From Octopus vulgaris (lineage: Eukaryota), in assembly GCA_951406725.2 (NCBI GenBank), contig OX597824.1, positions 60,388,001 through 60,452,000 on the forward strand: a DNA stretch of 64,000 nt. The letters are read 5' to 3'. The position numbers and the translations under genes are program-made. Shown one piece after another: positions 39,666 to 53,760 of the stretch. Positions within the stretch are counted from its first letter, which is position 1. The number at the start of each line of letters is the position of its first letter. The notes under the pieces are model-generated. The model saw only the letters and a list, made by a program, of their open reading frames with translations. It searched no databases and was not told where the DNA came from.

Positions 39666-40719
39666 TAAAAAAGTAAAAAAATAGCAATAATATACTCAAT
39701 AGTTGAATGTTTTATATAAGTTATGAAGTTTTTTTCATTTATAAATATAGTTTGAATTGATCTTTTTTAATTAATTTCATTTGATGAGAACTAATGAGAA
39801 GAAATTAGGAATTAGTTATTTTATTTCTACTCCCTACCCCATCCATCATGAAAAAAATTACAAATTGTTATTATTCCCATCATTTTTACTGTAATAATCT
39901 TAATGGTTAAGTTCTTGTCAGGTTTCTTTTGATTCCCACCCATTTGTGTTTGTTTTATTTCACACATGTTGCTAAATCCTCTAAAAACAACATGAACATC
40001 ATACAGTTACGTTTCCTCTGTCCTATCTAAGTTTGTGTGTTTCTTCAGGAAGTCTTAACATTCACATTAACTTTAATAATAATGATAATAATAATACTTC
40101 TTTCTACTATAGGCACTTAATAATGATAAAACTTAATAATGATGATAACAATAGTAATAATAATGATAGTAGTTTTTTCTTTCTTTTTTTTATTAAATAG
40201 CCTAATATCTTAAGGCTCATAAATTTTTTGATATTTAATTCTTAAAGATTTTGCTCATTCATATTCTTCTTCTTGATCTTCTTACTTTAGGTGACATAGT
40301 GAAATACACTTTTAACTTAGACATTTTCTACAAAATATATAAATGAATTTTTTAAAGCATATTTTCTGTTTTGTTTTTTTATTCTTAACTTTTGGTAAAT
40401 TTAATCAATCTGAACTTTTAATTCTTATAAATAATTAAGGTTGTTTTCTGTATCTTTTTCTTGAAGAAATATAATGCGTATATGTACGCATATATGTATA
40501 TGTGTGTATGTATATAATATATATATATGCACACCCAAACTTGCACACACATAGCATTTTTAAAAAATAATTTTTGATGAAGGCTATTTGAGGATATTAT
40601 AACTTTAGATGCCTATGTTAATTAATATTAATATTAATTACATGTGTAAATGAATAATCCTGAAGGTAAAATATGATTTTTATATAAATGATAAATAGTA
40701 GAGACACAATGTTACTGCC

Positions 40720-41215
40720 AACACTTAATATCGTAATGATCTTAAGTAATATCATAGTAAGCTGTAATAATGTCATAGTGAACTGCAATAACAACATTAA
40801 AAATTGTCTTTGATAATATCTCACTGAACTTTGATAATGTCATAGTGATCTTTGCAAGTGAGCTTTAATATCATAATGATCTTTATGAAATATCATAGTG
40901 ATCAGTCATTTTTATGATGTCATAGTCATCAGTTGTATCTTTATGATGTCTTAGTAGTCTTTAATAATATTACAGTGAACATTAATAAAAATCATAGTCT
41001 TTAATAATGTAACGACCTTCATAATTTATGGCAATATTTTCACTTAATTTTAGAATATTTGACAATATTGTAATGATATTTAACAATGTCATAATATGTA
41101 ATACCATAATGATATTTAATAATGTCATAATGCTATAGAGTATTATCATCATAATGACCTTTATCATTTATTCCAATATCATAATAATAATAATGTTAAT
41201 AGTAATAATAATAAT
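40720..41215. repeat. Degenerate ~20-bp AT-rich minisatellite
   Basis: Recurrent aat(g/a)tcata(g/a)tga units. Confidence 0.6.
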
Positions 41216-42849
41216 CTAAAGAATAAAACTAAACATGCTCAGTTGAAAATTCTTCGATCTATCTCGTTTATATAGAGAGGTGTTCAGGATCATTTAGTCT
41301 GTAACATTCTTTCAACACTTTTTCTTAAAAGCAAAAATTAAAAAAAAATAACATAATATAATAAAATAGATGAACAGTTTTTATCACCAATTTTTTTTTT
41401 TTTTTAATATTCATCAACTATAAAATTGAACATAAACTATAAATGATTGAAACATTTTCCCAATATCAATCTTACAAATGTATCTAGAAATTGTTTAGAA
41501 ACATATTCCAATCAATATGGTAATTAGTCTTTTAAAAAAGAAAACTAAAGCAAAAGAGATTTGTTGAATATTTTTCCTTGGCATTTTAAAAATCCCTTGG
41601 AATTTCCAGGTAACTGAAACCATGTGAGGTTTCCGGTTATTTTTATATTACAATCTTTACTTGAAATTTCTTATACTTCATATTCCCTCCACATAAAAAA
41701 AAAAGAAATCAAAAACAACCCAAAAATAAATACACAAAAAAATTAAAACCCAGTAGAATTTAGCAAAACAATTCATACATTCTCAACTCTTTAAATTCTT
41801 CTCTATATTAGATATTTTCACACCTGGACTTCACCATTTAATATCTATTTTTCTTTTCTTTTTTTTTTAAATAACATTTCAATCAACACATTAAAAGTCT
41901 TTTTCCTGAAACTTTAAATGATTTTTTTTTCCTCATGTTTTCTTTTTGACAATAAATTGACTTTACCAAAATCTTCACATCAATGTCCTTTACTTTTACT
42001 GTTGAATATCAATTTGTTTCTTCTCTTTTTTTTCTTTTTGCTTTTTCTTTTATTTTGTCCAATATTTGTTCTGATATAAATGTTTTTATTGAGTAAAACA
42101 TAGAATCAAAAATCAAACTAATGATTAAGTTCACTGGAAACTTTGATAAGCCTAATCCCTGTGAGGAGTGAAGAAACTAGTGCTTAGAGCTCTTGTCCTT
42201 TACCTCAGAGCTTCTATACATTATCCTTGCCTTTAGAAAAGCGTTTAGTGATATTTCATACACCTAGATGATATCTTACTAAAAACTTTAGTATTTCAGG
42301 CAAGTCTGCTGCATTTGGTTCAAATGTATTGATTCCATGGTACTCTGGAGACCAAACAAAGAATACTGTTGATACACTTCCCAGGGAAATTTGTTCAAAA
42401 GTTTTGAAGTTTAAAATTTTGGAAACAATATTTAAAAAAAAGAACTAGTTTTTGAAAAATATCAAAAAAAACTCCCTTGCTTACTTTATTATATGCACTT
42501 CAAACAACCTTAGATTATGTATAACATATATTATAAATGTTATATATATATTGTAAGATACAAATACGATGATAATTTATTTTCAAATACAGAGACATTG
42601 TTAGACCAGCTGAAATATTGGGTAAATTACCCTTACAAAGCGGAAAAACTTGTCAACAACCAGCCAATATATATATACATATATAAAGGTAAGATCCAAG
42701 GATCCAGTTGTAGGAAGTTAGTGAACTTTAGGCAATCTGTAGAAGGTATAAAAAACAACGTTCAGGAACAATGGTGGTTTATTGACGCAGAAGGTTGTGA
42801 ATTTTTCCCATATCAAAATATGACAAACTGCAAAAAGTTAATTTCATAT

Positions 42850-45560
42850 TTCATGGTTAGCAACAGAGGTTGTATATGCGAATAAACATTAAAACATTAG
42901 GGAATGGAGTAGATAAAATCAAGGCTAAATATATGTTTCATAGCTAGCGGAATCTCAGAAGTAGTAAATTATCAAAATGAGAGGTAGACCATAAGCAACT
43001 CTTCAGGCCATGGATACTTTGATTCTATGAAGTTTATATTGTTGGGTGATCCTGTGTTAACTCAGGGATTCGACTGAAATGTGTAGAAAGAGTTCAAGAA
43101 GAAAACATAATTGTGAAAAAGTAAAAATAAAAGAAAATATATATATGGGATTGGGTAAGCTTGTAAATGAGCAAAGAGGGGCAGGTGGGGAGAGAGGGTT
43201 TGGTATTGAAATTGGCTGGAGAGATGTCTTTATGAGTTTATGTTGGGGTCACTTGCAGGTCTGTTGAGGGATAGGTAAGTAAACATATTGTAGCATTCTA
43301 TAAAGCCATTGAAACAGAGTCAAAAGGATGAAGATATGAGTGGTATTTGAAATGGATAGAGTGGGGAGTGAAGGAGAGGGAGGTGGAAGAGAATGTATTT
43401 TTGGTCAAAATAGTAGACTTAGTTTTGCCCTTTGGGGTATTAGCAGTAATTCAATTTTAAGATTGAGGGACAACAATTAAAAGGGGAAATAGTCGTAGTA
43501 GTTGAAATCTGAGATTATGTGAGTGCATATTAGCACATGTGCGTATATATTGTGCATCTGTAGAATCTAGTAGATGTGTAGTATAAAGGTTAAGGAAAAC
43601 AGGTGGGGAATATAGAAAATAATGTTTAGAAAATATAAAGATGGTTAAAAGGTTGCATATTATAAAAGGATATCAGATGGGGGCAGCGGGTGTTGGGTGG
43701 AGGATTGTAATTTGTACCTAGAGAATGAATTGCATAATTTGTGTCAGCAGGTAAAAATTATGCTATATCATGGATTACTTAATCAGTGGATTACAGAATG
43801 GAGAAGACTTCAGCAATGCAGAGATCACACTTGTTGATGTAGCCAATGCACAGTTTAACATGGGTGACTATGAACCATTTCAGATTATAAGGAATTGATT
43901 GACACTGAAATTTGTGGATTAGTTGAGATAAAGAGGTGGTGTTTGATCTTGCTTGGGACTTGAAGCTAGAGTAGTGATTACCCACACTGGCCTTGAAGGC
44001 AGTGCTACATGAGCCAATATATATATAGTTAGAATTGGTAGTTGACACTACATTTGTACATGATGTTTGTAGTAAGACATGATAGGGACAGGAGGTTGGG
44101 CAGCTGCATAGGGTCATAGGAGGTGCTGAAGATGAATTTGTAGAGTAATTGTTATTTAGTAAAATGTCTGGTGTTATATCCATTCTCTGTGGCAGTGTTA
44201 GAATTAGTATGTCTTATGGGGTTGAGGGGGATGTCAGGAGGGTGTATTTCATGGTAGTTTGTATGTCTAAGGATATTATCACTATCATTCTTTATTTCTG
44301 TATTAGGTATAGTTTGGTTGTGAGGTAGGTTTGTAGTGCAGGTATTAGTAATAGAATTAGAATAGGAGGTATGAGAGTCAGTGTTGGTAAGGAAGTTTAG
44401 GGGTGTTCTAGGTTTATGGGTATGGGACTGGAGGTGCAGATGAGTTATGTTATTATGATAAAGGTTAGCTAATTGTAGGTTTCTAAGTTTCTTGTTAAGA
44501 TGTTAGGCATGTGGCTTAGTGGTTAGGGCATTCGGCTCACGATTGTAAGGTTGTGAGTTCAATTCCTGGTGACGCGTTGTGTCCTTGAGCAAGACACTTT
44601 ATTTCACGTTGCTTCAGTCCACTCAGCTGGCAAAAATGAGTTGTACTTGTATTTCAAGGGGCCAGCCTTGTCACGCTGAATCTCCCTGAGAACTACGTTA
44701 GGGGTACATGTGTTTGCGGAGTGCTCGGCCACTTGCATGTTAATTTCACGAGCAATCTTTTCTGTTGATCGTATCAGCTAGGACTCTCATTGTCATAACC
44801 GACGGAGTGCTCCTGTTGTTAAGATGTTAGATTACTCTGGCACTGTTAGTGGTGGTTGGTGGAGTAGGAAAATTCTATAGATTGGGAGTTAAATATTTTT
44901 TAAGAGGGCTGGACTTAGGGAAATTTTTCTTGAGTAAGGTGAAGAAAAAGTTGGGTACACAGGTTCGATCATTAAGAGCAAAAGGGATGGAACCAGATAA
45001 TGTCATGTGTTCTTGACCATTTATTCCGATTAAGGAGGTTACTGGAGTGTATAAAGGGCTTTGGAGGTGCACACAAGTGTTGATTTTGGTAGGTGGTGAT
45101 GGGTTTAGGATTCAGGGTCACCAGGCGGGAGGATCTTCTACTACTCTGAAATTTGGGAGGGTAGTAAGATGGTGAGAAATGGGGGATATTTTTTGTTTTA
45201 TCTGGGTGGGTGTATTCTTGGTTCTGGGTTTAATAGAAGGAGAATTGTTCCACATAGGGACATATTTGATTGAACTCTTATAACCGGTGTGTTGTATGGC
45301 ATAATTATAATATTCAGTGTATTGTTCAAGTAATTCCTTACTGGCAAACAGTGATGAAATCTGGTAGGATACACTATCTATGATGGTTTTTTGGACAGAT
45401 GGTGGGGGGTTGGAGGAAAAAATCAACATAGTTGTGGTTCTCCCCAGGTTTATAATATGGATAGAAAGTTTGGTATTGTAGATCTTAAGTGATGTCTAAG
45501 AAATTAGAAGTTTTAAGGTTGTTACAGAAAGAGATGCTAAGGCCCACATTTTAAAAAAAA
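42850..45560 (-). mobile_element. Decayed Penelope-like element (Neptune/Naiad-type RT C-terminus plus GIY-YIG)
   Basis: NFLDIT...FYPYYKP; SNPPPSV...YNYAIQHTGY; LLKKNFPKSSPL; YIGSCSTAFKASVGNHYSSF...SLSQLI...CDLCIAE. A decayed hammerhead lies at 42923-43009. Confidence 0.85.
44507..44815 (+). mobile_element. tRNA-derived SINE with 15-bp TSD, inserted in the Penelope-like element
   Basis: A box TGGCTTAGTGG and B box GTTCAATTCC. TSD TTGTTAAGATGTTAG at 44492-44506 and 44816-44830. Confidence 0.9.
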
Positions 45561-47265
45561 CATATATTTTTTTTTCTAATCTGTTTGATTCTGAAGTTGC
45601 TAGAATTCTGGATTGTGAGCATATATATACAGAACATTATTTTATTGTTTACCTTGTTTTATTTATTATATTTGTGTTATAACAACAATTATGAATAACA
45701 TCTTTTCAAAACACTCAAGAAATTTATTATTATAGATTTGTCAAAGGCATAACCCTTTTGTTATCCTAATTCTATAGAAATACACTGTCTTTGTTTCAAC
45801 TCATTTTGATAAAAATTAAAGTATTTATTAAAATAACTGTGTCCTTATAAATCTGATGTTTAGAAAATAATTTAAGATGAAACTTAATTTAGATCTCTTT
45901 AAAACAAGAAGTTTATATCATAAAATCAGAGGTGATCTTTGGTGGGTTGGTATCAAAAGAATTAAGTTGTATTTTTAAAAATCCACAGCATTAGTGGCAT
46001 GCTGATTGAATAACACTTTCGAAAGTAAAACATTTCTTATTGATACTTCATTACATAAAAGAAAAGCAAAATAGCCAAGTAAAAAAAAAAAAAATATCTG
46101 GGTTTAGGCATAGTTATGTGGTAAAGAAGTTTGCATCACAACTATGTAATTCAGGGTTATATAGTACTTGGAGCAATTTTTTTTCTACCAGACTTGCCAA
46201 TCAACTAAAGCTTTGCAAATAAAATTTGGCTGACAGAACTGTGTGGAGACCCACCAGATTGGTGGTGGATGATTGACAGAATTGAAAGTGTTGAACAAAT
46301 GTGCCTTGTGGTATTTGGTTAGATCCCTTTAGACATCCCTTCAAGAATCAATAAAACAGTACTAGCCTATTGAGGTAAATGTAATTAGTTAAAATCCCTT
46401 GAAAGCTTTGTTCCAGCATGGCCACTGTCCACTGACTGTAACCAGAAAAAGAGATATTTGATAAGTGATTAGAATGAGGAGTTCAAACTGTACCATTGAC
46501 TGTATATTCCTCCTGGATTTATTTATCATCATTTCTTCTAAAATCATGGCTAACTACTTCAATATTTTCACTGTTGCAAGGGATTGACCTGCTAAATAAG
46601 GCATTCAAATCTATCTCGAATTACACCCTACATTTTTAAAAAGAGAGTTAGGGGCTGCCATTGAACGATGTAGTTCTAATATACAATTCTCAAGTAGACA
46701 GGATAGTCATTGATGGAAGGTTTTTGATCATAGGTCTGATCAGTCAGGACTGATCTGGAGCTAAACAGCAATATCAAACTGTAAACTAGCTAGGGGACCT
46801 GGACATGGTCGTTTCATCATACTATCTTAACTAAAAAAAAAAAAAAATTGGATAATGTAGTCTGAGATATTCTTTAAAAAAAGAAAAAATGGGGTTGTCA
46901 TGGTTGGAAAGTCTTTGATCTGCTTAGTTATGGATGACCTGGCATTAACGATTATATAAATGTGACAGTATGTGATGTAGTGGTTTGGGTGTTGTGCTCA
47001 TAACCGTTAGGTTGTGGGTTCAATTCTCTGATTGGATGGTATATCTATTTTTGAGCAAGGTACTTCATTTTACATGATTTCACTCCACTCACCTAAAAAG
47101 AATATTGTTGACAACTAATAGAATAAACTCTGAAAGACTGATGTCTCATCCAGAAGGGAACTGTGAGCTCTCTCATTTAAATACCATAAAGGATGGGATA
47201 ATTTCTGACCAAATGGGACTGTAGGATTGAGACTGATTGTAATGAATTAATTAGTCAGTTCTTAA

Positions 47266-47477
47266 CCCTTTGGTTACCATATTTTTATTGAAACACACTA
47301 TCTTTGTTTCAATTAATTTTGAAAGCAACGAAGAATTTAGTAAATTAATTGAATCATTAATTAAGCTGGTGCTTGAAACTTAAATTTGCAAAAACTTTTG
47401 ATGGAAGGTTTTAATTTAGATCACTTTGAAACTAAGAAGCTTGTATCAGAATCTCATGCAGGTTGATATCAAAAGGG
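47266..47477. mobile_element. piggyBac-type MITE
   Basis: TTAA|CCCTTT...AAAGGG|TTAA. Decayed relatives at about 45750-45965 and 60185-60405. Confidence 0.85.
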
Positions 47478-48771
47478 TTAACATGAGTGGATTGGTAGAG
47501 CATCAAGTAAAATATATGCTTTGCAGGATTTAGTTCCACTTCTTTAGATTCTGAGTTCTGAATCTTTGAAGGTTGACTTTGTTGTTCATCATTCTGGATT
47601 GATAAAATAAAATTTTAGTTTAATACTAGGGTCAAAATAGTCATGTGTTTCCTGTTGTGGATTCATGCCTATTTTAAAAATCTATATTCAATAAAAAAGT
47701 TGTTGAATATACCTAATAATTTTGTATGCAATTGTTGCTTAACCTAGGTCAGCCATGTTGCCACAGTCTAATCACCAAAGATATTTGAAACATGACTATC
47801 CATTTTATTTAATTAAGACTGTATATGTAAGACACATTATCAAATCCACCCTTCATTTTTAAAAACCACACAGTGTAATTTCAGGATGAGCTGGCTAGTA
47901 TTTCTTGCAGGTTAAGCAACCATGTTTATGTTCTGTCAGTAAAGTGTAGTCATTTGCAAACTGCAACCTATGGAACTTTCTGAACAAAAAATTAGTTTGA
48001 ATTTTTTAGAAGTGTGGTCCACCTATGATGAGCCGTGTCTCATACAGTTGCTTCTCAAATATCATTGCTTATGTCTAGTCTACTGATTATAATATCATAT
48101 GGTACGTTTCCCTTAGACTCTGATCAGTGACTAAAGTTTCTTCTACATATCAGTCTGCTGAGGTCAGTCTGAGAGTAACTGAATTCTGTGATAACATCTG
48201 AGGGTAATCTTGTTTGGGATCTGCTTTATTTGTGTAATGGAATATTTCTTTTCCTTCTAATTGACAGAACTAAATATAATTTAGGGTCCTCTGTCAATTA
48301 AAGTTGAGTGTGTCTACACATGTGTACATGTAGGTCTGGGCAATGTTTTTGAGTAAGACGAGCAGCTATCCATGTGACACATGCCAGTGTTAGCGAAGAG
48401 ACAGGCTGCCATCTTAAGGCTGATACAGTTTGGTACCAGTGGTCAAGTAGGTATTGCTATCAGAAAGTCAAAGGACTAGGACAAGTATCACAAGGTATCT
48501 CATCTAATTCTCTTACAGTTTTGCCAGTTCACTGCTCTTGGTTGTTTCTCATTTTAATTGACTCCAAAAGAATGAAGTCCAAAATTAACCTCTATGGGAT
48601 TTGAACTTGGAATGCAAAGGATCTTAACAAATACTGTGAGATGTTATATTCAATGTTGTAATCTCTTCAACAAATCAAAGTAAATTTAGATAAATAAATA
48701 GTCCACTAGTCGCTATGTTGTCGAACTCTTCCACAAGTATGACTGTAAAAGGGATAAGGTAGGGTCCTTTA

Positions 48772-49125
48772 AGCCATATGGATCGGTGAAGGTGCATGGC
48801 TTGGTGGTTAGAGCATCGAGCTTACAATCATAAGGTAGTGAATTCAATTCTCGGATCAGTCTGTGTGCTGTGTTCTTGAACAAGACACTGTATTTCACGT
48901 TGCTCCAGTTCACTCAGCTGTAGAAATGAGTTGCAACGTCACTAATGCCAAGCTGTTTCGGCATTTGCCTTTCCCTTGGATAACATTGGTGGTGTGGAGA
49001 GAGGAGGCAGGTATGCATGAGTAATTGCCGGTCTTCCATAAACAACCTTATCTGGACTTGTGCCTTGGAGGGTAACTTTCTAGGTGCAATTCCATGGTCA
49101 TTCATGACCGAAGTGGGTCTTTACC
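48772..49125 (+). mobile_element. tRNA-derived SINE with 12-bp TSD
   Basis: Head tggcttggtggttagagc...ttcaattc shared with the 44507 SINE. TSD TAGGGTCCTTTA at 48760-48771 and 49126-49137. Confidence 0.85.
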
Positions 49126-49554
49126 TAGGGTCCTTTACGTAGTTGCTTGATCAGTAAAAACCAAGAACTTCAACTCAAAGTCTGTGTCATAAAATATAAC
49201 TAAGTGCATTGTAAGAATATATATTTGAAAATACAAACTGAGATTGTAACTATGAAGTTCTAATATGAAATATAAATGTGCCAACTAAACTAAAGGTGAT
49301 GGAGTGCTTCACATATCTGTCTTGTCACATTTTATTGTGAAGTTCCAACAATCTCTTTTTAAGTCTATCATTCTTTTTTCATTTCTCTGAAATTGCATTC
49401 TTCTGTCACTATCATAAAGTGAAAAGAACATTACATCATTAAATATAACAGCATTCCAGCAGCAGGTAACTGCCACATATGCCCATGTTTTTAGATACGT
49501 CTTATCTATGAGCACTATAAAAATTTCAGTGATGGTATTTTTGCAAACCATTCT

Positions 49555-49587
<33 letters not shown>

Positions 49588-49657
49588 TGTTGCCATTGTT
49601 GTCGTCGTCAGATGAGTAAGAGGAGAGGCAGTATAGAGTGAATGAAGAGGGACGATA

Positions 49658-49851
49658 TTGGTTTCAAATTTTGGCACAAGGCCAGCAAGTTCGATCAACC
49701 CCAGTGTTCAACTGGTGCTTATTTTACTAACCTTGAATGGATGAACGGCAAAGCTGACCCTGGCAGAATTTGAACTCAGAACGTTGACACATGAGATGCC
49801 ACTAAGCATTTTACCCAGCATGGTAATGATTCTGCCAGCTCACTGCCTTAA
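49658..49851 (-). mobile_element. SINE family A copy
   Basis: Reverse complement of the family A consensus. Confidence 0.8.
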
Positions 49852-50056
49852 AGAAGGACAATATTTAAAAAAAAATGGAAAATTCAGAATAGATGACAAG
49901 TAAAGTGAGAAAGGTAACTGTTATCACAAAAAAAGATGATGAAATATGAAGTTCTGCTCTCAGTTACATCAGCAGAATACTGAAGTTAGAGAGGGGTCAG
50001 TGATAGAGATAAGGAAAGTTTAAGGAGGAAGTTGTGTGAGGATCCTGGTTGGGTGG

Positions 50057-50098
<42 letters not shown>

Positions 50099-50219
50099 CT
50101 ACCAGAATCTGATTTGCTGAAATGGATGGGCCTTCTTGAGCATCACATATTGTCAGTCATTTTGGTCCTTGATTATCTCTGTGAGATTTAAAAAAAAACA
50201 AAATTAACCTTCACCCTTC

Positions 50220-51370
50220 ATCCCATGACTTCTTGGGTCTCCTCCTTCTACAAGCTCCATCCAATTTATGTGGTTGGCACTTCTTTATACAACTGTTCTC
50301 ATCCATATGCATCATATGACCATACTAACACAATCTTCTTTCTCCTATGCTCAATTATTCTCTCACCACACCTATACTTTGTTGTTCATGCACACTTCCA
50401 TTGCCCAGCCATTGGTGCAAGCCAGCTTCCTTTCTTTCTAGTCTTTGCATTCAAGGCTAACATCACTCTACCATGTGTCATTGCTGTTCTACACAGGTAT
50501 GATACAATTTGTTTTTCAGGCTGAGAGTGTTACCAACAGCCTTAATAGCTCTCTGAACTTTCTCCAATGTGTTCTTATTCTTGCATCTATACATTCAGAA
50601 CATCCGCTTCAACTGCTAATTAGATTACTTAGGTAACAGAAGCTATCTACTACCTCTAGGGGTATGTGCTGTTAGTGTTTATTACTTCTGAGCTCCTGCC
50701 ACACACAAAATCTACTTCTTCTATTAACCTACCTGTGACATCACTTGTCTGCCCATAGTTTGCAATGGATACACTGTATGGAATTTCTGTCTACAACTTT
50801 TCTACATATATCATACAGAATATTTTATCTGAAGGAATTAGAATCCTATCTGTTCACTTAGAGTGACTTTGGTTTTTGGTAAGTTGACTTTGAGTCCCAC
50901 TGATTTCTCATCTTGGTTTTAAACCTGAATTTCTTTTCTAATTCTGCTATAGATTTAACTGTAATAATGAGGTCATCAGCATAAAGGGAATCCAGTCTTA
51001 AACTTCTCTGATATGGTCTAGAGGACTATGACAATAGGATGGTGCCAAGGACTGATCTACTAAAATACTAAATTCATTGCTGTACTCATTGTCAACTCTC
51101 TGACATCATCTCTGTGCATAGCTTTTATGGTCCTCATGAGCCATTTGCCTACTTCTGGCTTCTTCAACAAATCATAGAGTGAGGGGCCTTGTTGAAGGAT
51201 TTCTCCAGGATGACAAAAATGTTAAGTACAGAGGCTTACTTTTAACTTTGTATTCCTTGCCATTGTCTTACAAGTAAGAGAACATTCATAATACTTTACT
51301 CCTGGAACAAAACTAAACCGCATCTAATCTATCTCCATAAAATTTGCTGAGCTATAACTTTTATGCGGAT
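50220..51370 (-). mobile_element. Decayed RTE LINE RT region
   Basis: Minus strand has LYADDL near 50970-50987, an ILEKSF/KAFD-like segment near 51200, and a GRRRPKK-like end near 50240. Confidence 0.6.
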
Positions 51371-52773
51371 ATCATATAGGTGAATGGTTAGGAAGTTTCC
51401 TTTACAACCTCAAGATCCAGGTTGGATCTTACTGTGTAACATCTTAAGTAAATGTTTTTCTCTTGTGAATGAACTGGGAAACTGAATAGAAGCCCATTTG
51501 GTTATTTGTAGCAGCAATTCAAAACAATACAGCTTTGTCGTACATTGTGTCACATGTACACTGTTCATCATGATCAATTAACATCCATGTTCCATGTTGG
51601 TATGAATTGGACAGTTTGACAGGATCTGATGGGTCCAAGTCCTACATTGTGTTCCACTGTTTACTTTGGTACATTTTCTATGGTTGGGTCTCCATCCTAA
51701 CTCTAACCATTTTACAACATATACTGGATACTTTTTTGTGCCAATAGTACGAGTGAGGTTGCTATGCAGTTTGCAAAACTATGAATCCTGAGGAGGTAGC
51801 TTTATGCTAGGAGATTGAAACATGAGAGAAAAGCCAGAGCAGAACAGGTGTCTTGGTGTAGAGTTTAAATCACTAACTTTTACTCCTGCATCATGTGCAG
51901 AGCAAAAGTAAAATCATATGATGTAATCCATACAACTTTTGTGTCTAGAGTAAACTGCTAAACCATTCAAATCTACTGACTCTTAAAGAACAACAAATCT
52001 CAGAATTTGACAGGAAATATCTTTTATTAGAAATAAAAATAAAATGGAAAAAGATGTTTTACAAAATTACAATTGAGACTGCAAAAATAAAAAAAAGCCA
52101 GCTGAGAAGCACAACAAGCTTTATAGTATTAATAATTAACACATTGGTCAGAGATATTCCATATAGCAAGTGAATTAAACGGTAATCATCATCAACAATA
52201 ACAACATCATGTTCAGAGACCAAAATTGGTGAGAACTACAACAGGAAAAAAGGAAGCAAGGGAGGATATTGTGATATTATTTAGGGAAGGAATAGAGAAC
52301 AGCTAAGTTTGGATTTGCAGGATTCAATTCAAATTTATTGAACCACGGTTCTACAGAGTGAGCTAGAAGGGATGTGGTCCCAATGGATTCTACCTTTATG
52401 AAGAAAAAGAGAACTAGTCAAATTTTTTTAAAATTTAACATTATATATATATATATATGACACGTGAAAAACAACATTCAAGCGAGGTCATTGCCAGTGC
52501 CGTTAGACTGGCTCCTCTGCAGGTGGCACATAAAAAACACCATTTGAGCGTAGCTGTCATCAGTACCACCTGACTGGCCCTCGTGCTGGTGGCATGTAAA
52601 AGCACCCACTACACTCTCAGAGTGGATGGCGTTAGGAAGGGCATCCAGCTGTAGAAACTCTGCCTGATCAGATTGGAGCATATTGATAAAAAGTAAGAGA
52701 AGGGAGAAGAAACATACTTCTTCATTCACATTCAAACATGCTTTCTATTCTGTCGTTGGGCTGATAGTGGCAA

Positions 52774-52804
<31 letters not shown>

Positions 52805-52807
<3 letters not shown>

Positions 52808-53543
52808 GTATGCTGTGCGTGAGAAAACCCGGCAAGACCAGTGAGAACAGTCAAAATCAAAATCAAACCAAATCAATACATATATCAGAAAGCAGAACCA
52901 AATTGAGGTCGATCAACATCAGGGCCCCCGTGCAGGTGACACGTAAAAGCACCATCCGTTCGTGGCCGTTTGCCAGCCCTGTCTGGCTTCCGTGTCGGTG
53001 GCGTGTAAAAGCACCATCCGTTCGTGCTCGTTGCCAGCCTCGCCTGGCCCCTGTGCCGGTGACACGTAAAAGCACCATCCGTTCGTGGCCGTTTGCCAAC
53101 CCTGTCTGGCCCCCGTGTCGGTGGCATGTAAAAGCACCATCCGTTCATGTCCGTTGCCAGCCTCGCCTGGCCCCCGTGCTGGTGACACGTAAAAGCACCA
53201 TCCGTTTCGTGGCCGTTTGCCAGCTCTGTCTGGCCCCCGTGTTGGTGGCACGTAAAAGCACCATCCGTCCGTGTCCGTTGCCAGCCTCGCCTGGCCCCCG
53301 TGCCGGTGACATGTAAAAGCACCATCCGTTCATGGCCGTTTGCCAGCTCTGTCTGGCACCTGTGTGGGTGGCACGTAAAAAGCACCCACTACACTCACGG
53401 AGTGGTTGGCGTTAGAAAGGGCATCCGTAGAACCGTAGAAACACTGCCAGATCTGACTGGGCCTGATGAAGCCTTCCAGCTTCAAAGACCCCAGTTGAAC
53501 CGTCCAACCCATGCTAGCATGGAGAACGGACGCTAAATGATGA

Positions 53544-53545
<2 letters not shown>
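52805..53545 (+). mobile_element. RTE LINE 3' end with expanded ~61-bp minisatellite
   Basis: KYAVREKTRQDQ* matches the end of the 13.7-kb ORF. Seven aaaagcaccatcc units at 52945-53330, then a (GAT)n tail. Confidence 0.9.
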
Positions 53546-53596
<51 letters not shown>

Positions 53597-53721
53597 CATA
53601 CACACACACACATAAAGACAAAAAGAGGGAGAAAGAGTAGCTAAAGTCAAACTCCAACGACCATTCAACACATTAAAGTTCGGCTTTAATTGCCCTTTTT
53701 CCCTCTCTTTGTCTCTCTCTC

Positions 53722-53760
<39 letters not shown>

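Noticed and set aside
44507-44570. tRNA gene
   Set aside because: tRNA-like head of a SINE with TSDs; no complete cloverleaf or terminator.
49309-49551. Possible minus-strand exon or ORF
   Set aside because: An acceptor-like sequence is present, but there is no recognisable homology or supporting exons.
52925-53380. CRISPR-like regular repeats
   Set aside because: The intervening sequences are themselves repeats rather than unique spacers; the array lies in a LINE 3' UTR, with no cas genes and a eukaryotic context.
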